Positions 29,865 through 38,728 of a stretch of DNA of 64,000 bases are shown piece after piece. The position numbers were made by a program, and so were the translations under genes. Within the stretch, counting starts at the first letter, position 1; every line of letters begins with the position of its first letter. Source of the stretch: a virus. The notes beneath the pieces were generated by a model. It made no database searches and had not been told where the DNA came from. It saw only the letters and a list, made by a program, of their open reading frames with translations. The stretch spans positions 19,150-83,149 of the IMG/VR virus record IMGVR_UViG_3300027608_000021, one strand, 5' to 3'.

Positions 29865-30158
29865 ATGTATCAGGACATTAAGAACGGTATTCGCTGGGTA
29901 ATTGATAACACTGGCGTTGATGAGGCTCTGATTGAGTTCTTCCGAACATTTATCACGGTATCAATCTCAGTTGCGCTCGGACTTGGCATCCCGCTCCTTG
30001 ACATTTCTGGCGGAGACTTCCGAACAGTTTTGTCGGCTGGTCTTGCTTCAGGACTTCAGGTTCTTATCAAGTTCCTAGATCCTAAGAACACACAGTTCGG
30101 GATCAAGGAGAAGAGCAAGGACGAATCGGTGGACGACACCAAGCAGTTCCAGATCTAA
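29865..30158 (+). CDS. Holin-like protein
   Basis: Two hydrophobic helices, then LDPKNTQFG as in actinophage-type holins. Confidence 0.65.
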   Translation: MYQDIKNGIRWVIDNTGVDEALIEFFRTFITVSISVALGLGIPLLDISGGDFRTVLSAGLASGLQVLIKFLDPKNTQFGIKEKSKDESVDDTKQFQI

Positions 30159-30166
30159 TCTAAACG

Positions 30167-30209
30167 AAACTCGCCCCTCTCAGGCTTCGTGCTTGAGGGG
30201 GGCAGTTTT
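30167..30209. terminator. Hairpin terminator between convergent transcription units
   Basis: AAAC-GCCCCTCTCAGGC...GCTTGAGGGGGGC-AGTTTT at the convergence point. Confidence 0.6.
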
Positions 30210-30836
30210 GTGTTTCCTGTAGATAAAGAAGCGACCGACCCAATCTGTCCCGCCAAACGCCTCGTCCATTGCTGCTTCGCTGCGTTGGATTGGCAGCAAC
30301 TCTGGGTGTAGTTCTGCGATCTTCTTCTCCCACCACTCACGGGTACGCATCGTCACATGGGTAGCGTCCACATCATCGTGCGCGGAAGCACCGTCAGAGA
30401 GGGCGATCCGCATCCAGAGTTCTCCGCTGTCCTTGAGGACTCGCAGCATTTCGCTGAGGATTCCTGGAATCTTGTCCTCGTCAATGTGCTCAAAGAACTC
30501 CCATGAGGCAACAACATCAAACATCCCTGTGGTATACGGCAAGCCATCAGCGGCATCTGCGCAGACGAGCGCACCTTTTGCAAATGGGGCACAGTTCTTT
30601 ACAGCGTATTCGCTGATGTCTATGCCGAGCGCCTCGTGTCCACGAACGTTGGCATGGTGCACGAACCATCCCTTTGCTGCGCCCACATCAAGGATAGTCA
30701 ATCCACGGTTGGCGTGGGGATACTCAATCTGCTCAACGATAGGAACCCAGCGTGGGTCATCGGAGTAGTTGAGGTAGTTGGAGCCTTCGGCTCGCTCAAA
30801 GTACCCTTCGCCGTATCGTGGGTCGTGAGTCATTCT
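30180..30836 (-). CDS. Class I SAM-dependent methyltransferase
   Basis: ILDVGAAKG, GIDISEYA, FDVVASWEFFEHI, RVLK motifs. Start uncertain (30863 or ~30833). Confidence 0.85.
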   Translation of the reverse strand, partial: RMTHDPRYGEGYFERAEGSNYLNYSDDPRWVPIVEQIEYPHANRGLTILDVGAAKGWFVHHANVRGHEALGIDISEYAVKNCAPFAKGALVCADAADGLPYTTGMFDVVASWEFFEHIDEDKIPGILSEMLRVLKDSGELWMRIALSDGASAHDDVDATHVTMRTREWWEKKIAELHPELLPIQRSEAAMDEAFGGTDWVGRFFIYRKHKTAPLKHEA

Positions 30837-31015
30837 TCCCTTCTCCGATCTTTCTTTGCCCATCCTTCGCCCTTGTACCTAACTGCAGGTACAGAGAAAA
30901 TGCGCTTCATTTTTGTGTTGTCATCTGGGCAACGGACTTCTTTTACGACGCTCATTGAATGCTCCTGCTCTATGATCAGGTCGCACTTCTTGCAGATGTA
31001 TTCGTATGTTGGCAT
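30830..31015 (-). CDS. FmdB-family zinc-ribbon protein
   Basis: MPTYEYICKKC...CP...MKRIFS.P.V.YKGEGW signature. Confidence 0.85.
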   Translation of the reverse strand: MPTYEYICKKCDLIIEQEHSMSVVKEVRCPDDNTKMKRIFSVPAVRYKGEGWAKKDRRREE

Positions 31016-31174
31016 ATTATTTTATATTAATTAGAGCGGCCAATGTTACAATATGAATAACCAGAGCGGTGTTCCTCGCAGCCAAAGATTCTCCTTCCTT
31101 GTGCTGCATGTATGCCCTAGCAAAGCCGATGCTCTGGAATAGCCAAATAATAACTAGCCATGCATACCAAAAAT

Positions 31175-31687
31175 TCATCGTGGATCCTCCATCTTATCTA
31201 GAATCGCAAGGGTAATCTTCATAACCCCACGACTCTTTGGGACACCCAGTGCGTCCCAGACTGCTGGAGCAAGGTCAATGAGACGCTCGTCTCCCTTTGC
31301 CTTACGTCCCTTGCACTCGCAGTAATCCACCACCCAGACTAGCACGCTGCGCTCTGTCAGGAGAGAAGTGACGAGGACTGGATATGGCTTCATTGCAAAC
31401 CTAAAGTTGTGATGAAGCCTCAACTCTGGTCCTGCCGCCCCGTAGAACTCGTACGGACCCTTGTCCTGATTGCGTGCTGGACCCCCCTGTTCTCGCGTGT
31501 ACCAAGCATTGTTCTTAGAAGCATCATAGTGCGTAGCAAGACCTTTGAGCATCACAATATCCTTAATGGTGACCTCTGGAGTTGGAGTAGGTTCTGGAGT
31601 CGGTGCTGGAGCAAGCGGTCTCGGTAGCGTATTGGAAAACGCCACTACGAAGATCGCCGTCAGCAGCGAACTCAGTAAGAACCTCAT
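31175..31687 (-). CDS. Secreted RlpA-like double-psi beta-barrel protein (possible lytic transglycosylase/expansin-like)
   Basis: Signal peptide, PTPEPTP linker, GLATHY, V.VVDYC, LIDLAPAVWDALG. Confidence 0.7.
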   Translation of the reverse strand: MRFLLSSLLTAIFVVAFSNTLPRPLAPAPTPEPTPTPEVTIKDIVMLKGLATHYDASKNNAWYTREQGGPARNQDKGPYEFYGAAGPELRLHHNFRFAMKPYPVLVTSLLTERSVLVWVVDYCECKGRKAKGDERLIDLAPAVWDALGVPKSRGVMKITLAILDKMEDPR

Positions 31688-32043
31688 TAGTCGCTGAACC
31701 CTTGCCACGAAGGAGTGTCAATCTTATCTACAAATACTGGCATACATGCACCATCCTTTGCTGCATATGCCCCAGCAACATTGAAGTCAAAGTACTCCTC
31801 TGCCTCCAATCGGAAGTCCCGATCCGCCCCGTCAAAGGGGAACGAGTCTTTTGCACTCTCGCGGAACTCTTGCTCAAGCATATCTATGATCTTATCACGG
31901 TCGTAGATTGCCACATTCTGGTGACCGTGGCTTGCCGTAAAGTGGCTCCCAAAGCCGATCAGAGCATCACGGAATTGATCCATGATAACTGTACCAGCAT
32001 ACTGCTCGTGCAGTTCTTTCTCTCGCTCAGTCTGCTCAGTCAT
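31687..32043 (-). CDS. Conserved phage hypothetical protein
   Basis: DALIG...AIYDRDKII...EAEEYFDFNVAGAY pattern; GGGAG RBS. Confidence 0.6.
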   Translation of the reverse strand: MTEQTEREKELHEQYAGTVIMDQFRDALIGFGSHFTASHGHQNVAIYDRDKIIDMLEQEFRESAKDSFPFDGADRDFRLEAEEYFDFNVAGAYAAKDGACMPVFVDKIDTPSWQGFSD

Positions 32044-32044
32044 G

Positions 32045-32497
32045 CTAGAACTCCCTGCGCTTGTATCGCGGAGCCTGCTCGTCCTCTCCATAAAGATCCT
32101 CAATGGAGATGTTCAGGATCTCAAGCAAGGCTGGGATCATGTTAGAGCGGGGCGTAGTTCGCCCATGCTCCCACAAACTCAACGCTGCCTGAGTGATCCC
32201 AAGAGAATCTGCAACCTGCTTCTGCGATACATTTGCTGTCTTTCGGTACCTTCGGATATTGTTTCCGATCGTCGTAGCTGTTTGAGCAACGTCAAGGGAT
32301 CGGACCCGATACTGCGGCGTTTCGTACCCCTTGACCTGATCTGTGTTTACAACGACTGGATCTTTTGACCCTGCAATGCGAACGACATAGTAGTCCACAG
32401 AAGCGCCATCTTCGGTGGTTGCAGTCATGCGCTCCTTGAGTATCTCCGCCCTAACGGAAACGATCTTCCCGCTCTTAAATGAAAAGTCTACGGACAT
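32045..32497 (-). CDS. XRE-family HTH transcriptional regulator with N-terminal extension
   Basis: IGNNIRRYRKTANVSQKQVADSLGITQAALSLWEHGRTTP. Confidence 0.9.
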   Translation of the reverse strand: MSVDFSFKSGKIVSVRAEILKERMTATTEDGASVDYYVVRIAGSKDPVVVNTDQVKGYETPQYRVRSLDVAQTATTIGNNIRRYRKTANVSQKQVADSLGITQAALSLWEHGRTTPRSNMIPALLEILNISIEDLYGEDEQAPRYKRREF

Positions 32498-32514
32498 CTA
32501 GTGCCTCTCTTTCT

Positions 32515-33141
32515 CTACCGACGAAATGTGTGCGTCTCTGGGTATCCATCCACTTCCGTTGTTGGAGTTGGTCGGATGCCCTTAGCGTACCTGAAAATCT
32601 GTTCCATTGCTTCTTCTTGCGCGACATAGTTCTTGTGCCCCTCTGCCTCAACGGACAGTGCCCACACGAAATCAATCGGGTCTACCTTACCAAGAGAATC
32701 CCAGTCCTTTGAAAAGCCTAGGCAATACTGCTTGGTGATATGACCATCGTATGTCTTGCCGTTAATGTAACTGCGCTTTGAATCCCTGACCTTGATGTAT
32801 CCATTGAAGACAACGTTCACGAAGTCTTTCACGAACATCTGTTCTCCGTCCGCTTCTCTCGCGGCTTTATGCAGATCCGCTATCGTCGCCTTCCCGCTCG
32901 TCACCCTCGTCCGAATACGAGATGCCATATCCGAGAGATAAGCCAAGCGCTTCTTCTGTTCGTCGGTAAGCGGCATCAAGATCTTCAAATCGCCCAACAG
33001 TCGTCGGACTTCCGCAAGTGACGCGGGGACACCATGCCCATGATCCATTGCCACTACTCTTGGCAAGGACGTAGGTGTTGTCTCCGCAGACCGAACAAGT
33101 GGGACCGTCACCGAGTTGCCGAACTTTAAGTTTTCGCTCAT
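32515..33141 (-). CDS. Hypothetical protein
   Basis: 208 aa ORF coupled to the upstream gene; no motif recognised. Confidence 0.6.
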   Translation of the reverse strand: MSENLKFGNSVTVPLVRSAETTPTSLPRVVAMDHGHGVPASLAEVRRLLGDLKILMPLTDEQKKRLAYLSDMASRIRTRVTSGKATIADLHKAAREADGEQMFVKDFVNVVFNGYIKVRDSKRSYINGKTYDGHITKQYCLGFSKDWDSLGKVDPIDFVWALSVEAEGHKNYVAQEEAMEQIFRYAKGIRPTPTTEVDGYPETHTFRR

Positions 33142-33380
33142 TCTTCACAATCTCCATCGCAATCCTCGTTACTGCAGTTGTTCGTGCATTCCCATGCGCA
33201 ATCTACTTCTAGATTCCAATCACAGGCTACACAATCACATTGCCTAACTTTGACGACTGGCTGCTCGTCCAAATCCTCCGCTGGGGATTCCTTGGACGAG
33301 CGTCGCCCTTCATCTTCCTCAGCAACGACAGCAATAATTACTTGCTCATCGTCTAGGCTGAGTTCAGACCAATCAGTCAC
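33138..33380 (-). CDS. Small acidic protein with Cys-rich C-terminus
   Basis: Overlapping start/stop with both neighbours; eight Cys in the last ~35 aa. Confidence 0.5.
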   Translation of the reverse strand: MTDWSELSLDDEQVIIAVVAEEDEGRRSSKESPAEDLDEQPVVKVRQCDCVACDWNLEVDCAWECTNNCSNEDCDGDCEE

Positions 33381-33945
33381 CGTTTACCAGAGAAGCGACA
33401 GCCGCAGCATACGCTGGGTCAATCGTCGGTGCGGTGTTTGTTGGAGACTGGCTAATCTCCGCAGATGCTCCGCTTCGGCGACCGCCAAGTGGCTTAATCG
33501 CAACGACACGGTTCTTCTGCTTGCCGTCATTCTTTCCGAGGTAGACAATCAGCGAGAGGCGAACCTCACGACCGACCAACTCCTCCGTGTCTCCCGACGG
33601 AATCTTGGAGTTAAGATCCGCAATGCCATTTGCTGCGAGGAAGAACTGGCGAGCAATGCTTGCCGTGCCGTCCTGCTTGAACCCCATGCGGCTTGGATCA
33701 ACGTCCTTCCAGATCCAGCGTGACTCAACCTTGTTGCCGTCAATGTCCTCAATCGGAGCACCGTCAGCGAATGAAAGAATGTCAAACTTAATAGTGAAGA
33801 CATCAATGATCTTCCCCTCAAAGTTTGGCTTAGCCTGCTGCTTGATCTCAATGATCTTGGCACGATAGTCTTCGTTTCCTGGAAGTGCCTTTCGGTCTTC
33901 CACTCCACTAAACTCGTCTGCCCCAGGAACTGAATAGTTAGCCAT
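33373..33945 (-). CDS. Putative single-stranded DNA-binding protein (DUF669-like OB fold)
   Basis: ALP..DYRAKIIEIK, FTIKFDIL, ELVGREVRL, KNRVVAIKP; flexible C-tail. Confidence 0.6.
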   Translation of the reverse strand: MANYSVPGADEFSGVEDRKALPGNEDYRAKIIEIKQQAKPNFEGKIIDVFTIKFDILSFADGAPIEDIDGNKVESRWIWKDVDPSRMGFKQDGTASIARQFFLAANGIADLNSKIPSGDTEELVGREVRLSLIVYLGKNDGKQKNRVVAIKPLGGRRSGASAEISQSPTNTAPTIDPAYAAAVASLVNGD

Positions 33946-34006
33946 TCTAACTTACCTGCCTTTCTTTTCTCTCTCTATCTATCTTACCTGTTATTCAGGT
34001 CAGCCC

Positions 34007-34035
34007 AGTATAAGGGATAACAAATCCGCTGTCAA
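34007..34035 (-). promoter_or_regulatory. Consensus housekeeping sigma70 promoter driving the leftward SSB-XRE operon
   Basis: Minus strand TTGACA-17 bp-TATACT. Confidence 0.85.
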
Positions 34036-34105
34036 CACACTCTACAATTTTACTTATATAAACCACCCCTTCCACAAGTTATAAGTATAACATATCCACA
34101 ACCAG

Positions 34106-34116
34106 TGTGGTACAGT
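34106..34116 (+). promoter_or_regulatory. Possible extended -10 promoter for the rightward replication operon
   Basis: TGTGG-TACAGT about 35 bp upstream of ATG 34151. Confidence 0.4.
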
Positions 34117-34150
34117 GCCTCCGTCAAGCAATACAGCGATAGGAGGTTCT

Positions 34151-35083
34151 ATGCCAGTAATCGGGTTCATATCGTCGGACGGTACATCAGATCAGCCAGA
34201 AGGTCAAGGGCACTGCTCATTTGAGTTTGCCCTCCAACTGGCTAAGGATCGTCATGGGGCGTTTCCTTATCCGTACCCACTCCTCAAAGGAATCGTAGAC
34301 TCCGTTCAGAATCGGGGCGACTACATCAGCGCGACTTCCGTGCTGCACTGTCTCCGCGCTGACTACATGAAGCGGAAGGAAAACTACTACTCCACGGTGG
34401 AGTCAATGTATCCGTCGTTCCGTGGGACGCTGTTCCATGGGCTGCTGGAAAAGAACGCGCCAGACAATGCGCGGATTGAAGAAAAACTTAAGCGAACCTA
34501 CAAAGGCATTGAGATCGGTGGAACATTTGACTCGGTGCTTTGCTTCCCTGACGATGCGGACAAGAAATATATTATTCAGGACTGGAAGACGACGGAAAAT
34601 TTGCCGAAGTACGACAGCCCATACTCGTCGCACATCGTCCAAGTAAACCTCTATCGCTGGCTGCTTGGGTTCAAGCCTGAAGATGTCGTGATGGAAGTTC
34701 ATTACTTCTCCATGAAGGGTCATAAGGTCTGCCAACTTAAAGACGGCACAGGCATTGCTCGTGGCGGACGATCTCCAGTCAACCAGCATTGGTCTGACGA
34801 AAAGGTGGAGTCGTACCTAGACGACCGACTGATCAAACTCAAAGCCTCAATGGTCGCTGGGATGCCAATGCCATACAACATGGTTGGAGAGGACGAGAAG
34901 TGGGAGTGCGAGTACTGCCCAGTTCGGCAGAAGTGCGCAACACTTGCTCGCAGCGAGGAAGAGGCAACTTGGCGCAAGCGCGCTGGCTTGCCACCGACTG
35001 GTGCTGAGGGCGAAGATTCAGTAGCGTGGGTAGAACTCATCAAGGGCGTAGAGGCTCGCATCTCTAAGGCTGGTGCAAAGTGA
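34151..35083 (+). CDS. PD-(D/E)XK Cas4/RecB-like exonuclease
   Basis: ISATSVLHC, RGTLFH, GTFD, IQDWKT, QVNLY, C..C....C cluster. Confidence 0.85.
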   Translation: MPVIGFISSDGTSDQPEGQGHCSFEFALQLAKDRHGAFPYPYPLLKGIVDSVQNRGDYISATSVLHCLRADYMKRKENYYSTVESMYPSFRGTLFHGLLEKNAPDNARIEEKLKRTYKGIEIGGTFDSVLCFPDDADKKYIIQDWKTTENLPKYDSPYSSHIVQVNLYRWLLGFKPEDVVMEVHYFSMKGHKVCQLKDGTGIARGGRSPVNQHWSDEKVESYLDDRLIKLKASMVAGMPMPYNMVGEDEKWECEYCPVRQKCATLARSEEEATWRKRAGLPPTGAEGEDSVAWVELIKGVEARISKAGAK

Positions 35084-36435
35084 ACGCCACTGCTGCAGTA
35101 GGCACCACGCCGCACAGCAAGGAGGCAGAGGCTTCCTTCCTCGCGTCGTGTCTCATTGACGAGAACGCGATAGAGATTGGTCTGGACTTGGACATGAAGC
35201 CAGAGGACTTCTTCTCGCCAGCGCACGCTGACATTTGGAAGGTGATGACCAGCCTGAAGAACAACCGCAAGGTCGTTGATATGGTCACGGTCTCCGATGC
35301 CTTGCAAGGATGCGCGAGCATTGAGTTTCCTGCGACATTCATCACGGACTTGAGCCGAGCCAACGCTGGGCTTTCGTACAACGCAAAGGATTACGCGCAG
35401 ATCGTCCGAGATAAAGCGAGCCGACGCGCTCTGCTCACTGCCACCCAGCAAATCGCTGGGCTGGCGTACGACGAGAGCCGTCATGTGGATGTGATCTTTG
35501 ATCAGGCTGACGCGACATTCCGTCGGGTCACCGCAAAGGTCGTGGACACTGGTGTAGACCCAAGCCCTGCTGCGGTCATTGAGCGCATGGAGCAAACCAA
35601 GTCCAGCGGAGTCCCAGTGAAGTTCCCGCGACTCAACCAGATTACTGGCGGTCTCGTGAAGGGTCATCTCTGGGTCGTCGGTGGCTTCTCGTCCACAGGT
35701 AAGAGCGCATTCGCGGTCAATCTGCTGGACGATGTTGCTCGTGCTGGACAGGCTTCGGTGATGTTCTCCACGGAGATGAGCGCGGAGCAGTACATGCACC
35801 GTATGATCTCCCTGACGAGCCAGATCCCGCAGCGCGTGCTGAAGAACGGCGCGATGACGCTGGAAGAAAGCACGCAATACAAACTGGCGACTGACTTCTG
35901 GAAGTCCAAGAAGGTCATGATCTACGATAGCCTCTACACGGTCACCAAGATCCGACGCGCTGCCAAGCGCATCAAGGAACAGCAGGGGCTGGATGTCGTC
36001 TTTGTGGACTTCATTCAGAACCTGTCGGAGACTGGCGATGAGGTCAAGGACGCTCGCCTTGCCGCGATCCAACTGCAAGCGATGGCGAAGGAACTGGATG
36101 TCTGCGTCGTTGCGCTGAGCCAGATCTCCAACGCCCAAGCGATGCAGCAGAACGAGACTGGTGCGATGGGTAACTACTACGCCTTCAAGGGCAGCGGGGC
36201 GATCAAGGATGCCGCCGATGTTGCCATCATGCTTGACCGCGACCGCGTGAACAAGCCTGATGTTCTCTGGGTGAATGTCGTCAAGAACCGACACGACTCC
36301 ATTGACCGAATGGCTGCGTGGTTTGATCTCTCCACTGGTACAATCCGAACCATGAGCATTGACGAACAACTTGCGGCTGATCCAAACAGCGGTCGCCGCT
36401 CCAAGCAAAAGGAGAGCAGCGATGAAGTTTCCTGA
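35080..36435 (+). CDS. dnaB: Replicative DnaB-like helicase
   Basis: PHSKEAEASFL N-domain, GFSSTGKS, FSTEMS, VFVDFIQ, ALSQIS, GSGAIKDAAD, KNRH. Confidence 0.95.
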   Translation: MNATAAVGTTPHSKEAEASFLASCLIDENAIEIGLDLDMKPEDFFSPAHADIWKVMTSLKNNRKVVDMVTVSDALQGCASIEFPATFITDLSRANAGLSYNAKDYAQIVRDKASRRALLTATQQIAGLAYDESRHVDVIFDQADATFRRVTAKVVDTGVDPSPAAVIERMEQTKSSGVPVKFPRLNQITGGLVKGHLWVVGGFSSTGKSAFAVNLLDDVARAGQASVMFSTEMSAEQYMHRMISLTSQIPQRVLKNGAMTLEESTQYKLATDFWKSKKVMIYDSLYTVTKIRRAAKRIKEQQGLDVVFVDFIQNLSETGDEVKDARLAAIQLQAMAKELDVCVVALSQISNAQAMQQNETGAMGNYYAFKGSGAIKDAADVAIMLDRDRVNKPDVLWVNVVKNRHDSIDRMAAWFDLSTGTIRTMSIDEQLAADPNSGRRSKQKESSDEVS

Positions 36436-36667
36436 AGGCGTAACCGTAGAGCAGGTGTTCACTGAGAACTCTGGAGACTTGACATCAGAAGCACGGCGAG
36501 CCATTGACGAGTTGGTGAACAAGGACATCCTGATCACGCTAAAGGGAAGGGTAAAGTTCGTCGGTAGCCGAGTACTTACCTTCCAAGCGACAGATGCATA
36601 CGACAAGGTGGATACCATCGGAGTCAGGGCAAGCGATATCGTGGGGCTGGAGTTCCCAAATGAGTAA
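36422..36667 (+). CDS. Hypothetical protein
   Basis: GGAG RBS; operonic overlap. Confidence 0.55.
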   Translation: MKFPEGVTVEQVFTENSGDLTSEARRAIDELVNKDILITLKGRVKFVGSRVLTFQATDAYDKVDTIGVRASDIVGLEFPNE

Positions 36668-37046
36668 CCAGATAACGCAGAGCGAGCAGGAACTGCTGGC
36701 TCATGTCCTGCAAATGCTTGGAACAGGTCAGGCAACAACACAGAATCTTGACGACTACTTAATTGGATACGCCGTGCTAGGGCGTATTGTAGCCATTGCA
36801 CAGGGTGAGTCAGAGCGGTCGGAGCAGGAGCGAAAGATCGCATGGGCACGCGCATTTGCTGACGCAAAGTCATCACCAGAAAAGACGAGTGACAAACTCG
36901 CCGAAGTGAAAGCAGACCTCGTGGTAGAGAGCCTACGGCTCAAGGAAATAAATGCCCGTGAGCGACTGACCAACCTTCGCAATACTTGGCAAGCGGTGGA
37001 GCAAGCCATCAACGCCATCAAGTTCTTGGGAAGGAACGGTGCGTAG
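36660..37046 (+). CDS. Helical coiled-coil protein (possible recombination mediator)
   Basis: All-helical 128 aa in the replication operon; function is a guess. Confidence 0.45.
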   Translation: MSNQITQSEQELLAHVLQMLGTGQATTQNLDDYLIGYAVLGRIVAIAQGESERSEQERKIAWARAFADAKSSPEKTSDKLAEVKADLVVESLRLKEINARERLTNLRNTWQAVEQAINAIKFLGRNGA

Positions 37047-37442
37047 GTGAAAGACCCATTCCGAAAGCCGCCAGTAAACGCTGGGTCTGGGGTGGTGTGC
37101 GTAGACTTTGACGGCACGCTATTTCCATACCGACCGCTATACGAACTGAACCCACCAATCAACGGCGCGGTTGAGGCGGTGCGCTGGATGAAGGCACAGG
37201 GGTACAGGATCGTGATCTTTACCTCTCGCTGCTCTACAACTTGGTGCGAGCAGTCAGGAGAGAGCCTCTCCGCAAACCTCATCTGGGTCATTGACCGACT
37301 CATTGAGAATGGTATTCCATACGACGACATCACGGCAGAGAAAATCCCAGCAGAGTTTTATATTGACGACCGAGCGATTGAGTTCCGAGGAGATTGGAAC
37401 GAAGTCCTAGAGCGAATGAAGTCAGAACGGAGGGTGCATTGA
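37047..37442 (+). CDS. HAD-superfamily phosphatase-like protein
   Basis: CVDFDGTL, IFTSR, K...YIDDRA. Confidence 0.85.
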   Translation: MKDPFRKPPVNAGSGVVCVDFDGTLFPYRPLYELNPPINGAVEAVRWMKAQGYRIVIFTSRCSTTWCEQSGESLSANLIWVIDRLIENGIPYDDITAEKIPAEFYIDDRAIEFRGDWNEVLERMKSERRVH

Positions 37443-38053
37443 AAAACATCGGTATCGCTGGCAAGTTCGCTGTCGGCAAGACGAGTGTTGCGAACATTCT
37501 AGAAGCCAACCACGGGTATGTGAGGATGTCCATTGCGTCCTCGCTCAAGCAGTTTGTCAACGAAATGTACGCCCGAGATGTGTATGGCACGGACGAGGGC
37601 GCGACCCTGCAGAAGTCCGACTCCATTACGGTGAACACTCCAGACGGCAGACGAATGGTGACGGTTCGCCAGTTGCTGCAGGACATTGGCAATCAAATGA
37701 AACTGATTGACCAAGACATTTGGCTGCGTGGTGTTCGGCATCAGGTACTCCTTTGGAATGAAATGGGGAAGTCGGTTGTCATTGACGATGTTCGTTTCCC
37801 GCGAGAAGCAGAGTACCTCAAGAACATTGGCTTCATAAATGTCCGACTCACCGCGAGCGAGGATACTCGCCTTGAGAGGTACTTCAGGACATACGGCATC
37901 AACCCGAGCCGACAAGAGATCAACGACAAAAGCGAGACGCTCGTGGATTCTATCATCCCTGACTATGACCTAGATGGTGAACGCTCCGCAGAGGAGTTGG
38001 CTGATGTTCTTGCAGCCATCGCTGTGGAGCATACATATGATCTACTGTACTAG
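37439..38053 (+). CDS. Deoxynucleoside monophosphate kinase
   Basis: IGIAGKFAVGKT P-loop, RQLLQDIG, VIDDVRFPREA. Confidence 0.85.
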   Translation: MKNIGIAGKFAVGKTSVANILEANHGYVRMSIASSLKQFVNEMYARDVYGTDEGATLQKSDSITVNTPDGRRMVTVRQLLQDIGNQMKLIDQDIWLRGVRHQVLLWNEMGKSVVIDDVRFPREAEYLKNIGFINVRLTASEDTRLERYFRTYGINPSRQEINDKSETLVDSIIPDYDLDGERSAEELADVLAAIAVEHTYDLLY

Positions 38054-38165
38054 GTGCAGAAAGAAGTTTAATGGCATGGAAGCCGCAATGAGAAAGTTTG
38101 GAAAGAGCAAGAAGGTTCAATGCCCCTTCTGTTCGGAATGGATTGAGTATGCTAAAGCCGTTTGA
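38037..38165 (+). CDS. Small zinc-ribbon protein
   Basis: CTRC...CPFC; GGAG RBS. Confidence 0.55.
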   Translation: MIYCTRCRKKFNGMEAAMRKFGKSKKVQCPFCSEWIEYAKAV

Positions 38166-38532
38166 CGAGGGAGAAGTCATTCGCATTGAAAGCATTGTGT
38201 TCTCCTTAGATGGCGACATTGACTACATCAAGTTTCTGATCGCCGAACAACCCTACATAAGAAGTGCGATGCTTGCAACTAGCCCACCTAGCGACCCAGA
38301 GGAATGGACTGGGCGTTATCCAACCACCATTGGGAACGCCCTTCATTGTGACCTCGTTGAGTTGGAGGCTTGGCTTGAGACTCTCTCCCAGATTGACCGA
38401 GAGATTCTTACTGAATGGGCGAACCGCCAGAAGGCGAAGCCCTACTTTGCTGCTGCCAAGATCAGGCGCGTGAAGCACCTGATTGGTAAGTTCCCACAGG
38501 CGAGCCGTCGCCGAAGGAGCGGCAGTGCGTAA
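38149..38532 (+). CDS. Hypothetical protein, weak sigma region-4.1-like segment
   Basis: DLVELEAWLETLSQIDREIL; weak resemblance only. Confidence 0.4.
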   Translation: MLKPFDEGEVIRIESIVFSLDGDIDYIKFLIAEQPYIRSAMLATSPPSDPEEWTGRYPTTIGNALHCDLVELEAWLETLSQIDREILTEWANRQKAKPYFAAAKIRRVKHLIGKFPQASRRRRSGSA

Positions 38533-38728
38533 TAACTTTGCAGGAGACCAAGCACTCAAGTTTTTGTACGAGAAGTATTTGGAGGATCGTGAGAAGTCAG
38601 GCAAGAAAGTCAGTTTCCATAAATGGTTGAAGGCACGAGGCATCCTCTCTCCCGATGCGGAGCAGATGATTCGCCAGAACGAAGTGTCACTATCAGAAGA
38701 AGGATATGAAAATGAGGAGAAATCATAA
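38525..38728 (+). CDS. Hypothetical protein
   Basis: AAGGAG RBS before GTG; TAATG overlap with the next gene. Confidence 0.55.
   Translation: MRNNFAGDQALKFLYEKYLEDREKSGKKVSFHKWLKARGILSPDAEQMIRQNEVSLSEEGYENEEKS

Noticed and set aside
34151-35083. Cas4-like gene as evidence of a CRISPR system
   Set aside because: Stand-alone Cas4/RecB-like nucleases beside DnaB are common phage recombination genes; no other cas genes are present.
34720-36876. 718-aa minus-strand ORF
   Set aside because: Antisense shadow of the nuclease/DnaB genes with no motif or RBS.
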